DNA from: Anthoceros angustus
Taxonomy: Eukaryota > Plantae > Anthocerotophyta
DNA: 64,000 nt
Direction of reading: 5' to 3'
NCBI GenBank assembly: GCA_010909165.1
Contig: MU008209.1
Location: 248,001-312,000, forward strand
Shown one piece after another: positions 25,731 to 47,049 of this stretch. The notes under the pieces are model-generated. The model was given only the letters and a program-made list of their open reading frames with translations, did not search any database and had not been told where the DNA came from. Made by a program: the position numbers and the translations under genes. Position 1 is the stretch's first letter. Each line of letters opens with the position of its first letter.

Positions 25731-26158
25731 CGATAACGGGTTATAGTGTGCGCCCAGCTAGTCTGCTAGCAAAAAACCGTCCATGAATGCTTCTTGGCCT
25801 TTCATCTGCCATAATACCATCTCCTTAATGTACCTCCCTTCAAAAGCGTCTGCAAGCTTAGTTTACGGTTGAACTTTGAAGAGTACCTCGAGAAGTTTAT
25901 CTAAAGCACTTTCAGACCAAAATTCGGTCCTCTGGAGATCTTTTATGAGCACAGCTAACCTCACTAAGCAACAGGAACATCTCTGTTAACTCTGGCTTTT
26001 ACCCACAAGCTATTGTCATAGGCGCCCAGAAATCATATCTCGTCGGGGACTCGCTTGAGCAAAGGGTGTGGAAGGATATCCTCCTCTAGAATATTCATGA
26101 AAGAGGCCGTACTTCAACAAATATTCCTTTAATGTACCACACCAAAGGATACTATTCT

Positions 26159-27367
26159 TGTCACCGACCAGAGGGAGCGAAACAGGTGGAGAGGCTAGCT
26201 TTGATAGCGGTGTGGACGCGAGGTGGTCAGTCTGACCACCTCTGGGAGCAAGACGGCGCAAGAAATGACGGGCAAGGGAAAATCCGAGAACCCCGTGTCT
26301 GTCAATGGAAGTCGAGGAAGACACGCAGTGCCGACATCAACCTTCGGCCATTCTGGGAACCTAATTTGGGATGGTGTCGGTGTCACCAAAGGGAGGGGAA
26401 TGAATTCGCGACTCTTGATGTTGGGTAGAGGCACGGCCACTAGCAAGGGGGCTAGCTGCGCGTCAGCGAAGTAAGCACGCAGGAGGATCCATCCCCACGC
26501 TAGCAATAATTAGGTTAGGTAGTTTGGCAGGTAGGCTGACACAAGGCCAAATTTAGGGTGTAATGAAGGCAACCTCGTAGTCAGATAAGAGGGAGGTTGC
26601 CTTGTAATGCGATTCTTTTTAACATGATTCCGTGAGCAGCCTGGACTCGCCTCATGGTGAATATGTTGCCCAAGTCACCGAACGGTGGGACCGTCTTGGG
26701 AGAAATCCTAGCTCTAGTGACGAGCTCGCTAACGCGCGTGGTGGTAGTGCAAGTGCTGAAGGACTCCTCGACTTCACGCAAGCATTGTGGTGGAGTTGAG
26801 CATGCGTGGTAAACGAGGCGTGGAGCTGAGAATGATCAACCCCAACCCCGCCTCGCATGGGCGTGGCCACGGAGGACTTGAAGCTACACCTCTCAAGCGA
26901 ACACATTGAATGTGACCCTCCCAGTGAGGAAGAGAGAGATTGAGCGAGGAGGCGTTGAGAGAAGTGAGCATGGAGAGGTTAGCGTCACTGGGAGGACGCG
27001 AGCAGTCCTTAAACGTATGGTAACACCAGGGCCTCGGTGGTAGCGTATGTGAGGATATCTGTAGAGCACGAGAAGAAAGAGAATGTGCGGAGTAGCACTG
27101 GGGTGGTTGTAAATCCAGGTCAAGGGTTTGAGTCCTTAAGGCGGTCAGTCTGCGGGAAGGGTGCATGGGTGGTCCGATTCGTTTATGAGCCTCGAGGAGC
27201 TTCCTTAGGCGCTTGAGTTTGAAAGGCGGGTTTGAGCCCCACCGCCCCGGAGTCAGGTAGGACCGTTAGCGATGGGGTTTAACTTGTGGAGATTTTACCC
27301 AAAGTAGAAGTATGTCGGAGCCATAGGCACGAATCATTCTCTCGGGATCAGACCAACGACTACTACA
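26159..27367. mobile_element. Second, indel-rich copy of the same LTR-like segment (duplication F, ~1.7-kb period)
   Basis: Colinear with 24428-25730 but with dense indels and substitutions resembling unpolished reads. Confidence 0.3.
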
Positions 27368-27545
27368 CGATAACGGGTTATAGTGTGCTTGACTAGTCTG
27401 CTATGGCAAAACCGTCCATGAATGCTTCTTGGCCTTTCATCTGCCATAATACCATCTCCTTAATGTACCTCCCTTCAAAAGCGTCTGTATTCTTGGTTAC
27501 CCACCAGTGAACTTTGAAGAAAGGTACCTCGCACCACAAGTTTAT

Positions 27546-27890
27546 CTAAAGCACTTTCGCAATCCAAAAAGGTCGGTCCTCTAGATCTTCTTCGCAAGGC
27601 ACCGCTAGCATATCACTAGGAACAACTTCGGAGACATCTCTATTCAAACTCTCATGCTCCCTCTCACAAGCACTATTGTCATAGTAAGCGCCCAAATACA
27701 TATCTCGTCTTGGGAGCTCCTTGAGCAAAGGGTGTGGAAGGATATCCTCCTCTAGAATATTCATCGAAAGAAACTGTGCTTCAACAAATATTCTTTTGTA
27801 CCACACCCAAAGAGTTTGTACTATACTGAGTTGTTCTGCGAAGAACTCTTCCCACCAAACGTCTTCACCTTCTCCAAGTCTATCCTTCAA
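27546..27890 (-). other. Unassigned coding-like fragment, possibly transposon-derived
   Basis: 114-aa ORF ending EEDLEDRPFWIAKVL in AT-rich DNA; noisy copy at ~25790-26130. Family not recognised. Confidence 0.25.
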
Positions 27891-30800
27891 TTTTTCTCCA
27901 ACTTCTTTCTATTAAGATTTTTACAGGTCTTCTATTGCTCTCATGCTTCTCACTCCTATTGAGGCAATGGTTGCCTTGATGGTTGTTGTTGGAATTTCTC
28001 TCATAAATTTGAAGCCATTCATCTGTGGACCAATAAGGATTCGTTGAGTAGGGTAATTGTTTTCTCTGCATTACAGTAAGCTCGCCTTGCTCTCCTCTGG
28101 TCTCACGTCTTGGAATCATGACGATTCAAAGGTTTCCCGGGGAAACAATCAATCATGAAAATACGTTGATCCTCCATAATCATCCTTAGTTTGATTGTTT
28201 ATGGTCTACCCTTTGCTTTATTCCTTATTCAATGCTTCAATTTTTGCAGCTTGGTCCAAATGTGCAAGACTGGAGGTGGTGTTTGGAGGATGCTGCAAAA
28301 TACCCAATGCACAAGTGGTACACAAGTTGTTACTAAATTTTTGTTCAACTTTCTTAAGCAAATTGGAGACGATATCGAGATTCAGTTAGAAGATTATGAG
28401 ACTCCATCTTCCGCTCAAAGTGCCCTTGACAAGATGAAGACCTCGTATACAGTAGATGAGATGATGATTTTCTTGAAGAAATGGAGTTTCCTGCTGGGGC
28501 TAAGGACTGAGAGAAACACATAAACACATATGTTTGAGCATGATGTTTGCAAGTTGGAAACAACTAAGCATGGGATGAAGCTCATGCACAGATCACAGGC
28601 TACAGTCTTCACGAAGGTATCGATATAATGAAATTCAGTTTAATATGTTTCATTCTTAAGGTTTTATTGCAGTTTCATTGCAAAGGTTTGAAGACGTGGC
28701 AAGATTGTGTGAGAGAGCTTATGGGTCACAATTCAAATGCCAAGCACAGAAGAAGAGTGGAAGATGGAAGATCATAGTATAGGACGTCAACGTTTATGAA
28801 ACCTTTTCTATCCTTACATGGGCTTCATTTTTACATACTAACTTATCAACTTTGGGAGTATACACTAAAGGTAAATTTTTAATCTTCAATGTAACTTACG
28901 TTATAAAATCACTGGATACATTAGACTGATTGCTCTACATTATTGTCGTCCTTACAAGTTGCTTTCGCCGCTTATGTCATAAAGACTAGATCAAGTTTCA
29001 CCAATTTAAGGCTTTGAATATTCCACCATTGCCAAATTCTTATTGTCAGTTGCCGCAAGATTGAAGGATTGCAAAAGTATGGGAAATTTTTTTGATGAAG
29101 ACAAAGAGGTGGACATGGTCCATTCTTATACTTTCCTTCGAAATCATGTTTTTTTAACCCCAATTGGTCTAATTGGATTGCTTATGCTTCTTCTTCTCCT
29201 TATGCAACCAACAATACGGCCTCTATATGAGCTTGGTGACGAGTTGTGGGTGCACAACATAACCTTAACTACAATTTAGTATTATGAATAGCTAGTACCT
29301 AGCCTAGAAAGGTCGGACACTTAATGTTGATAGATCAACATGTGATTAGTAAAACAAGTTCAACATATGTGTGATTGCTCAAACCATGGTAGGCCATATG
29401 GTTTGTTGATGAGTTGCAAAACGTAAGCAAACATAAGTCGTGGTCAAAGAGAACTGGCAATCATGACTTAAAGACCATTCTAGAGATTTGGGTGCGAATT
29501 TGAGGTGAGCATGGCCGAAAGTCGTGGCTAGAGCAGATATAGACTGCATATGCGTAAGGCACGAGGCTTCTTGTATAAAGCCTTCTAGAGGGAACGAGAT
29601 CAGTTTAGTTGTTTGAGGTTTTAATGGCGAGTAGGTTAGGGAAATTGTTTCTGCATGCTTTCTCTAGAGAAACGTGTGGTTACTTACTAATTGAAAGTAG
29701 AATGAAGTTGTCATTGCGAACTTGCTACAACTCAAAAAATAGAATTTAGAGTGTTCTCAACATGCTTGTATGAACATATATGTGTCGCAAATATCTTGTC
29801 GATAAGAATCTTGTTGTTGTCTCATTTTTCTCACTTTTCCTTCATGCTGACCTTGTTGTGTTTTAGAAGAACGCATATGAGCTTGCCGCATATTGAAAAT
29901 TTAGAATACCTTTACTAGCTTGCTGAATATTGGAAATTCAGAATAACTTTACTAGCTTGCTGACATATGTTAGCACGACAACATTCAACCGTACCTTGCT
30001 CAAGATACATAATAAATATCTCAGGCTTTGGAAGCCGCTCATTAACATATTAGTCATTTCCTTACCAGGTATGGCACAAAAACTTTATGGTCTTGGACTT
30101 TCCTCCTCATTGAGGTTGAGGTGGAAAAGATACAAGCTTCTTTTTTCGTCGTGCTCATGTTGCCTATATGCGCTATATGCCTTATGTTTTGTTTTTCTGA
30201 TTTTTTCGCCTCGGGGAGCCCTTAAAACTTGACAGTCTCAACATCCTGTGGTAGAAGTAAGCCCAACTTCGACACATCCCAACCCACATCCCAAGCCCAA
30301 ATACCCAACTTCGACACATCTTGTGGTAGAAGTAAGCCCATCCAAATACCCAACTTTGATGTTGCAGGTGTGGTATGAGATTTTTGGACTAATTTTCTTT
30401 GAGTATAATGCTCGCACAATATAGAATACTGTTAACCTTAGTGTAGATGATCACCTAATTCTCTTTTATACCTACATAATGATTATATACTTCATAAAAT
30501 TTTTTCATAAAAATAATCTAATTAGGTTAATAAACTCATTGAAATAAAAATAATACCTATTACATATTTCTAATTCCTTAGGTAGTTAACTAGCAAACTA
30601 AATGCTACTTCCAACAACATACAGGTACCTATCATGTTCCGTTTTCGACACGACAGAGTGAGGCATTGCGCACAAAGAGAGCGGTATCATAGGCCCGGAC
30701 CATCACGACGGATGCGCTCTGCCAATATCCATGTGAAACTGTACATGCGTGTGTGGGTTGTGGCTGGTATGTGGGTGGTGTACAACTGGACTCCGCCAGC

Positions 30801-31270
30801 CCTGGGAAGAAGGCCGAACAACAGTGTAGCGGCAGCGCCGTACTCCCCTGATGAGGACTCTGGGAGTCAATGGCAGTGCTCCGGAGCAGGGGCTGGCAGA
30901 ACAGGGCGTACAGCTACCTATGTGTGTGGTAGACCTGGTATTTTGGGTGTTTGGGTTGTTGGTTTGAGCAAGAGGGACATGAAACTACCATCCTCAGGTA
31001 GAAATCCTGTTCCTCAGTACAACGTGAGATGACTGTGCATGGTTAGTGGATGCCAGTGGTAGAACTGGAGTACGAGTGGGGCACGAGCGAATGCTGCTGC
31101 AGGTTTGAGGGTATGTAAATGTCGCTTGCTTGAAGCAACAGGCAGCTACCGAATCACCGACATCGGATGTTTGGGTCTCCAGCGAGATGCAGTTTCACTC
31201 CTGGGCTGCCAAGTGACCAACCGTCTGCTTCCACAGATGCAGCCCAGGAGTATCTGACCTGGCTGAAGCC

Positions 31271-32135
31271 CTAGAAGCCCTCCAAAAACAGGACAATGCC
31301 CGTGAAGATGCCCGCAGTAGTGGCCACCATAGCCTGCTCAGGGAGTAGCAAGCAGCGTTACAAATCTTTCTGTGTGTCGGGTTCCTTGTGTGCTCAAGAC
31401 ACGTGAATGACAACTTGAACGAAGTCTAGGTTCTCGAAGGGTTTACCGCAACAGCACATGCAGCAAGTCCGGCCCGCTCTCTGGGGTCATTCTCCTGATA
31501 GGCAGAAAAATACAGGTAGGAGGCGTAGAGCCAGGTCAGCGGAATTCCAAAACCCAGCAGAAACCTGCACATGTGAGATAACGTTCAGCTGAATTTGAGA
31601 ACTGGGAAACCGGAATGAAACCACCGAAGTCTGGTAAACCCACAGGAACCAGCCGATGCCACAGCCGAAGAAAGGCAACGGTTCATCATACAGTCCCAAG
31701 TAGGGATGCGGGTCTATGCTGCCTCCATGATGCTGTCCTCGAAGCCGTCCGTATGCACCTGCACTCCAAAACATTTGTCACTTTCAGTTCATAACATAGC
31801 TCTTTTTCTTTGAAGAGATCCAACATTGGCTCTTATGGCTTAAGGAAACCAGACATCTCTTCAGACTGCCTACCAAGAGAGCCATACTCCAGCCTGGTCA
31901 AAGTCTTTGGGAACGCTTCATAGAACAGTCCCTTCTCTCGGGGTGAACTTTCCACTGCAATCTCTTCATCTCCGCCTCCATCATCTCCCTGTTTCGACCA
32001 TCACTAATCAAGCTCAACAAATCTGCTCAACAAATCTCATGTTAATTGTACACGCTCCAGCCTTCACTGCTCACCTGGTGCAGGGTCGGGCTGGAAAGAT
32101 CGGCCTCCATATTCTAGCCTTTTTTGGTCATCCAT
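31271..32135 (-). CDS. Small membrane protein of the plant '60S ribosomal protein L18a-like' family (not a true ribosomal protein)
   Basis: MDDQKRLEYGG... | LYDEPLPFFGCGIGWF|LLGFGIPLTWLYASYLYFSAYQENDPRERAGLAACAVA|AMVATTAGIFTGIVLFLEGF*. Confidence 0.82.
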
Positions 32136-32852
32136 CTCTGCAGAGTAGGATTCAAGTAGAAGGCAAATCCAAACTCGACTGCGAACAAGAGCCCGGTGGT
32201 AACCACAAGACCAGCCAGGCAAAGAGGCCCCATCCTGCTCTGTCCCAACAGAAATCCGGCAGCAATGCAATCAAAACGACTGCAGATTATCCAAAGCCGA
32301 ACTCATGAAGCCTCCAAATCACGGCAACCGGCATACAGGGAGTCAAGAATGCTTCAATGCACGAAGAGAAACAAATCTTCCAATGCCCATGACATACAAG
32401 TACCTCAGCGAGAAAAAGTGTCACTCCAATGGCGGATCTTTAGAGGCCAAGAGGCGTTACAGCGCGGAGGAGAGTTCTTGCAAGCTCTCGGAGCAAGAAA
32501 ACAAAGGACGTTGGCGGTTGTGGCCGAGGTCGCCGACTGTCGGTCGGTGCGGGCCCGGTCGCACACCCAGCGGTCGTTCGTCTGCTACTGATCCGAATGG
32601 CTCCGGTGTTCTGTGGGTTTTAGAGCAACACGAGGATGGGGAGGTTTAAGCAAAAAAGCCTTCTGGACCAGAAGCGAAGCTGTGCAGAAGTCCTTCCTTC
32701 TCACATCAGTTGCAGCTCCCGAAGTTGATGAACGAGAGGAAATTTTCCTGTCTTGAAGCTTTGGAAATTCGACTTCTTCGAGCTTTTCATTGGAGTGCAA
32801 GGAATCGCATTTGATAGATCATGGGTGCCTAACAGGAGCACGTTGGGTCGTG

Positions 32853-33536
32853 ATGGCGGCTTTCTCCAGCATCTTCGTCGCATGCATTGGCGTGCAATGG
32901 CAGCCGCTGGCGGGCTCTCAGGATTTCCGGGAGCGTTCCGTACTCGTCATGGTGCCCTGTCTTGGTTGGGGGCCTGCTAATGCGATACCTCAGCTATGGT
33001 GCAAGGCGTGGCGGAGGGAAGAGGCGGCCAGGAAGGCTCTGGTCAGGTTCTACCGAAGGTCTGATTGCTGCAAGCAGGTGGTGGGCCGCATTGAGGCTAT
33101 GGCGGGAGGAGGTCTTGCCAGTGTCTCAGTTCTCCAGGAGTGCAGGGGACTGGGGAATGGGAGCAGGTTGTGCCATGCCAGGGCCGGTTCGAGGGTGGCA
33201 GGGAGTGGGAACGAGGGCCGTGGGCTGATAGCTTGCACCAAGCTGGGGATGCCGTCTGGGCATTCCGCAATTTTCAGAGCTGCATCGGGGCTGTCAGTCT
33301 GTGGTGCAGACTGGCCCTCTGAAGGAGGAAGTGGAGGCTGAGCCTCAGCAGTTCAAGCTTACCCGTTTCCGGAGATAGAGGCGTACTGGCAGGCGTTCTG
33401 GGACGAGGAGCAGACGTTTCGCACGCCGAGGAGGTGGATACATCAAACCCAAGTTCTACGTGCTGGACATGTTTCCATATCCAAGGTTTCTCCGCTTCCG
33501 CTGAAATGCGCAAAGCTCTTGGATGGACCAGAGTTG
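32853..33536 (+). pseudogene. LeuRS 5' fragment, copy 1
   Basis: Transit peptide and [13 protein letters not shown] exon with indels; truncated at a junction. Confidence 0.7.
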
Positions 33537-34523
33537 TCTTCAGACTGCCTACCAAGAGAGCCATGCTCCAGCCTGGTCAAAGTCTTTGGGAACGCTTCAT
33601 AGAACAGTCCCTTCTCTCAGGGTGAACTTTCCACTGCAATCTCTTCATCTCCGCCTCCATCATCTCCCTGTTTCGACCATCACTAATCAAGCTCAACAAA
33701 TCTGCTCAACAAATCTCATATTAATTGTACACTCCAGCCTTCACTGCTCACCTGGTGCAGGGTCGGGCTGGAAAGATCAACCTCCATATTCTAGCCTTTT
33801 TGGTCATCCATCTCTGCAGAGTAGGATTCAAGTAGAAGGCAAATCCAAACTCGACTGCGAACAAGAGCCCGGTGGTAACCACAAGACCAGCCAGGCAAAG
33901 AGGCCCCATCCTGCTCTGTCCCAACAGAAATCCAGCAGCAATGCAATCAAAACGACTGCAGATTATCCAAAGCCGAACTCATGAAGCCTCAAATCACGGC
34001 AACCGGCATACAGGGAGTCAAGAATGCTTCAATGCACGAAGAGAAACAAATCTTCCAATGCCCATGACATACAAGTACCTCAGCGAGAAAAGTGTCACTC
34101 AATGGCGGATCTTTAGAGGCCAGAGGCGTTACAGCGCGGAGGAGAGTTCTTGCAAGCTCTCGGAGCAAGAAAACAAAGGACGTTGGCGGTTGTGGCCGAG
34201 GTCGCCGACTGTCGGTCGGTGCAGGGCCCAGTCGCACACCCAGCGGTCGTTCGTCTGCTACTGATCCGAATGGCTCCGGTGTTCTGTGGGTTTTAGAGCA
34301 ACACGAGGATGGGGAGGTTTAAGCAAAAAGCCTTCTGGACCAGAAGCGAAGCTGTGCAGAAGTCCTTCCTTCTCACATCAGTTGCAGCTCCGAAGTTGAT
34401 GAACGAGAGGAAATTTTCCTGTCTTGAAGCTTTGGAAATTCGACTTCTTCGAGCTTTTCATTGGAGTGCAAGGAATCGCATTTGATAGATCATGGGTGCC
34501 TAACAGGAGCACGTTGGGTCGTG

Positions 34524-36348
<1,825 letters not shown>

Positions 36349-36554
36349 TAAGCAAAAAAGCCTTCTGGACCAGAAGCGAAGCTGTGCAGAAGTCCTTCCT
36401 TCTCACATCAGTTGCAGCTCCCGAAGTTGATGAACGAGAGGAAATTTTCCTGTCTTGAAGCTTTGGAAATTCGACTTCTTCGAGCTTTTCATTGGAGTGC
36501 AAGGAATCGCATTTGATAGATCATGGGTGCCTAACAGGAGCACGTTGGGTCGTG

Positions 36555-43793
<7,239 letters not shown>

Positions 43794-43876
43794 AAGCACT
43801 GCCAAGTTCACCATGCATCTTCATCTTCCGGTCAGCCGTACCTAAGCTGCTTTCTCGCTTCTATTCTGTATGGTAC

Positions 43877-44075
43877 ATTGGAGTTGAGAACGGAAGTTCC
43901 GTTGGAGTTGAGAACGGAAGTTCCATCATGCTTCCTCCACGAAGGCTTTCATCTCAGTACCGAAGGTTCTTCTCGTTTCGGCTCCTGTGTGGAAATCAGC
44001 GTTTGTTACGTTGGAGTCCTGATAACGGAAGTTCGATCAACACTATGCCTCCTCCATGACGGCTTTCATCACACA
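43877..44075. repeat. Short direct repeats downstream of LeuRS
   Basis: ttggagttgagaacggaagttcc x2 plus a degenerate third copy; paired atgc(t/c)tcctcca(c/t)ga(a/c)ggctttcatc. Confidence 0.7.
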
Positions 44076-44144
44076 GGATGAGAATCAATTCATGGAAGCT
44101 AGATTGTTATTCGCGTAGATGTCAGCTGCCAGTGGTTGCGAGCT

Positions 44145-46748
44145 ATGGCTGTCTGGAGCGTTGCAATTGAGACAGGCAAAGGGCAACTGGACCCGTTGTG
44201 GGCACGGTCCTCGTGGACCCAACAAAGTGGTGGGCTGCCAGCTGCCGGACGTCTAACTTCAAGAAACCAGGACTTGGCAAACAACGAACCTCCGATGTGC
44301 AGCACCTTTAGAAACTCACCCAGTCCAGTAGTATGTCGGGCTGGAGACAGAACCTCCATCGACCAAGAGCTTGATGCGCTGGATACGAAGATCGGTCGTC
44401 GCAGGCATTCAGGGTACGAAAGGAGTGTAACGGCTGAGACCGTGATCAAGTTATGTCGTCAAGGCCATCTCTCTGAGGCTGTTAACGCTTTGGAAGTTCT
44501 GGTAGAGACAGACTGTCGTGTCTCCAGGCCCCTCTTTTACACTGTGCTGAAGGAATGTGTGGTGAAGAAGGATGTTCGTCTAGGTAGCCGAGTCCATGCT
44601 TTCACGGCAAAGATGGGTTACGAGTCAGATACGTTCCTGTGCAATTACATTCTGCGAATGTATGCCTCTCATGGCAGGCTGCAAGACGCGGTGGATGTGT
44701 TTGAAGCCGTTGCAAAACCAGATGCCTTCATGTGGTCTTCCATAATTTTTGCACATGTTAAACACGGACAAGACAGGCAGGCCCTACAACTGTATAATCG
44801 GATGCGCAAGTCCAGTGTGAAGCCAGACGGCCATGTATTTGTGGCAGCCCTTCAGGCTTGTGCAAGGGGGCAAGACTTGAAAACTGGGCAGGAGCTACAT
44901 GCTGCTGTGTTAGCTTGTGGCGTTGAGCCGAATGTGTTTGTCTCTAGTTGCTTGGTGGACATGTATGCAAAGTGTGGCAGCTTAGAAGACGCTCAAAGAG
45001 TGTTTGACGCACTTGGCCAAAAGAATGTGGTCACGTGGACTGCTCTAATAGCAGGATATTACCAGCAGGGCAATGGGCAGGAAGCTCTTCGTCTCTTCAG
45101 GGAAATGGAAGCAGAAGGCATCGCTGTACCCAATTCGGTGACATTTGTGTGCCTCCTGCAGGCATGTGCAAGTGTGGGCACTCCAGCTTTGGAGATGGGG
45201 AAGCAGATTCATGTGCAGATCAGAGAACGAGGCCATCAAGATGATGTGTTTGTAGCCAACAGTTTGGTGAACATGTATGCAAAGTGTGGCAGCTTGGAGG
45301 ATGCTCAGGGAGTGTTTGACGGACTTGATCGGAAAGATGTGGTGACATGGAATGCCCTGATGGTAGGATATACCAAGCAGAGCATGGGCCATGAAGCCCT
45401 TCGTCTCTATCGAGCTATGCAGAAAGAAGGCTTGGTTGCACCCAATTGCCCGACATTCGCATGCCTCCTGCAGGCATGCGCAGGTGTGGGCACTTCAGCT
45501 TTGGAGGTGGGGAAGCAGCTTGACAAGCATATTAGAGAACAAGGACATCAAGATGATGTGGTTCTAGCCAACAGTTTGGTGAACATGTATGCTAAGTGTG
45601 GCAGCTTGGAAGACGCTCAGAGGGTGTTTGATGGACTGGATCAAAAGAACGTTGTGACGTGGAATGCCATGATAGCAGGATACTCTCAGCAGGGCATGGG
45701 GCAGGAAGCCCTTCGACTTTACATAGCCATGGAACAAGAGGGCATCACTGTACCTGATGCCGTGACATTTGTCTGCCTCCTTCAGGCATGTGCAAATGTG
45801 GCAGCTTTGCATCTGGGAAGGCAGCTGCATGCACAGATTGAAGAGCAAGGGCTTCAAGCTGATGTGTTTGTAGCCAGCAGTTTGGTGAACATGTATGGAA
45901 AATCTGGGAGCATGGTTGATGCACGACAGGTGTTCGATGAATTGCCTGAACGAGGCATTGTTTCCTGGAGTGCACTGATTGCAGGCTACTCCTGCCAGGG
46001 AGACAGTGAAGTGGTCTTCGACCTGGTGCAGAGAATGACAGAGGACGGCATTCAGCCAGACAGCATCACTTTCCTCAGCATACTAACGGTCTGCAGCCAC
46101 GCAAGTCTAGTGGACAAGGGGAGTGAGTACTTCCAGGCTATGAGCAGGAACTACGGAATCTCACCCACAGTAGAGCACTACACATGCATGGTGGATCTCC
46201 TGGGCCGTGCAGGCCTACTCAATGAGGCATTATCTGTGGTAAGAACAATGCCTGTCCCGCCCAATGCTGCTGTGTGGCACACTCTGCTGGGTGCTTGTAG
46301 AAAGTGGAGCAACGTCGAAGTAGGACGTCACGCTTTCGACCAAGCAGTGAAGCTAGACAATAGAGATGCTGCAGCATATGTGTTGATGTCCAACATATAC
46401 AGGAGTGCAGAGATGTGGGATCAGGCAGGCGAGATACGGTCGAGGAGGACAAGCATCAGGACATGGAAGCAGCGAGCTCAGAGCTGGTGGACAGACATGG
46501 CTGGACTGGTGCATAGTTTTCTGGCTGCGGATGAAAAGCATCCCAAGAATCAAGCCAGGCTGAAACACATGTTTTCCAAATTGAAGAATGAAGAATATGC
46601 AGACTCTTCACCGACAGACTTCTCTGTTGATATAAAGCAAAATGGTTTGCATGGGCACAGCGAGCAGCTGGCTATGTTACCTTCCCTCAACGACAAACCC
46701 CATATTCCTTGTGAAAGATACACCTTGAGACATTGTTTGATCTCTTGA
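44145..46748 (+). CDS. Intronless PLS-class PPR protein (~18 motifs, E1-E2, truncated DYW); probable RNA-editing factor
   Basis: Repeating P-L-S triplets (VVTWNA.., VTFVCLLQAC, LVNMYAKCGS), then P2-L2-S2 (PTVEHYTCMVDLLGRAG), E1, E2, AQSWWTD and HGHSEQLA, with no CxxC or DYW terminus. Confidence 0.93.
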   Translation: MAVWSVAIETGKGQLDPLWARSSWTQQSGGLPAAGRLTSRNQDLANNEPPMCSTFRNSPSPVVCRAGDRTSIDQELDALDTKIGRRRHSGYERSVTAETVIKLCRQGHLSEAVNALEVLVETDCRVSRPLFYTVLKECVVKKDVRLGSRVHAFTAKMGYESDTFLCNYILRMYASHGRLQDAVDVFEAVAKPDAFMWSSIIFAHVKHGQDRQALQLYNRMRKSSVKPDGHVFVAALQACARGQDLKTGQELHAAVLACGVEPNVFVSSCLVDMYAKCGSLEDAQRVFDALGQKNVVTWTALIAGYYQQGNGQEALRLFREMEAEGIAVPNSVTFVCLLQACASVGTPALEMGKQIHVQIRERGHQDDVFVANSLVNMYAKCGSLEDAQGVFDGLDRKDVVTWNALMVGYTKQSMGHEALRLYRAMQKEGLVAPNCPTFACLLQACAGVGTSALEVGKQLDKHIREQGHQDDVVLANSLVNMYAKCGSLEDAQRVFDGLDQKNVVTWNAMIAGYSQQGMGQEALRLYIAMEQEGITVPDAVTFVCLLQACANVAALHLGRQLHAQIEEQGLQADVFVASSLVNMYGKSGSMVDARQVFDELPERGIVSWSALIAGYSCQGDSEVVFDLVQRMTEDGIQPDSITFLSILTVCSHASLVDKGSEYFQAMSRNYGISPTVEHYTCMVDLLGRAGLLNEALSVVRTMPVPPNAAVWHTLLGACRKWSNVEVGRHAFDQAVKLDNRDAAAYVLMSNIYRSAEMWDQAGEIRSRRTSIRTWKQRAQSWWTDMAGLVHSFLAADEKHPKNQARLKHMFSKLKNEEYADSSPTDFSVDIKQNGLHGHSEQLAMLPSLNDKPHIPCERYTLRHCLIS

Positions 46749-47049
46749 AAAACTTACTCAAAGGAAGAAAACAATCGATGTTTGTGTCTGCGAAGTTAAG
46801 AACAAAGGCAGCTTAATTCGGTGATTTGATGCATTTTGGTGGTTGATACGGCTAACCAAATCGATAATACTTTTACCAAATCGTGAATCCTGATTCGTGA
46901 TTCATGTCGTGTCCTCCTTTTTAGAAACCGGAGCCTGGACGTTGTGTGAACTTAGTAACAGAGGCGCGGAATGGAGTCCGATTGATAGCCGCTAATTTGC
47001 TGGAGTGTCGAGCGACTGTGAAGCGCGCGAGTTCTGGTCACAAGCAGCG

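Noticed and set aside
24428-27367. Intact LTR retrotransposon with paired LTRs
   Set aside because: No gag/pol, primer-binding site or target-site duplication found; the sequence between and after the copies is itself part of the tandem duplication.
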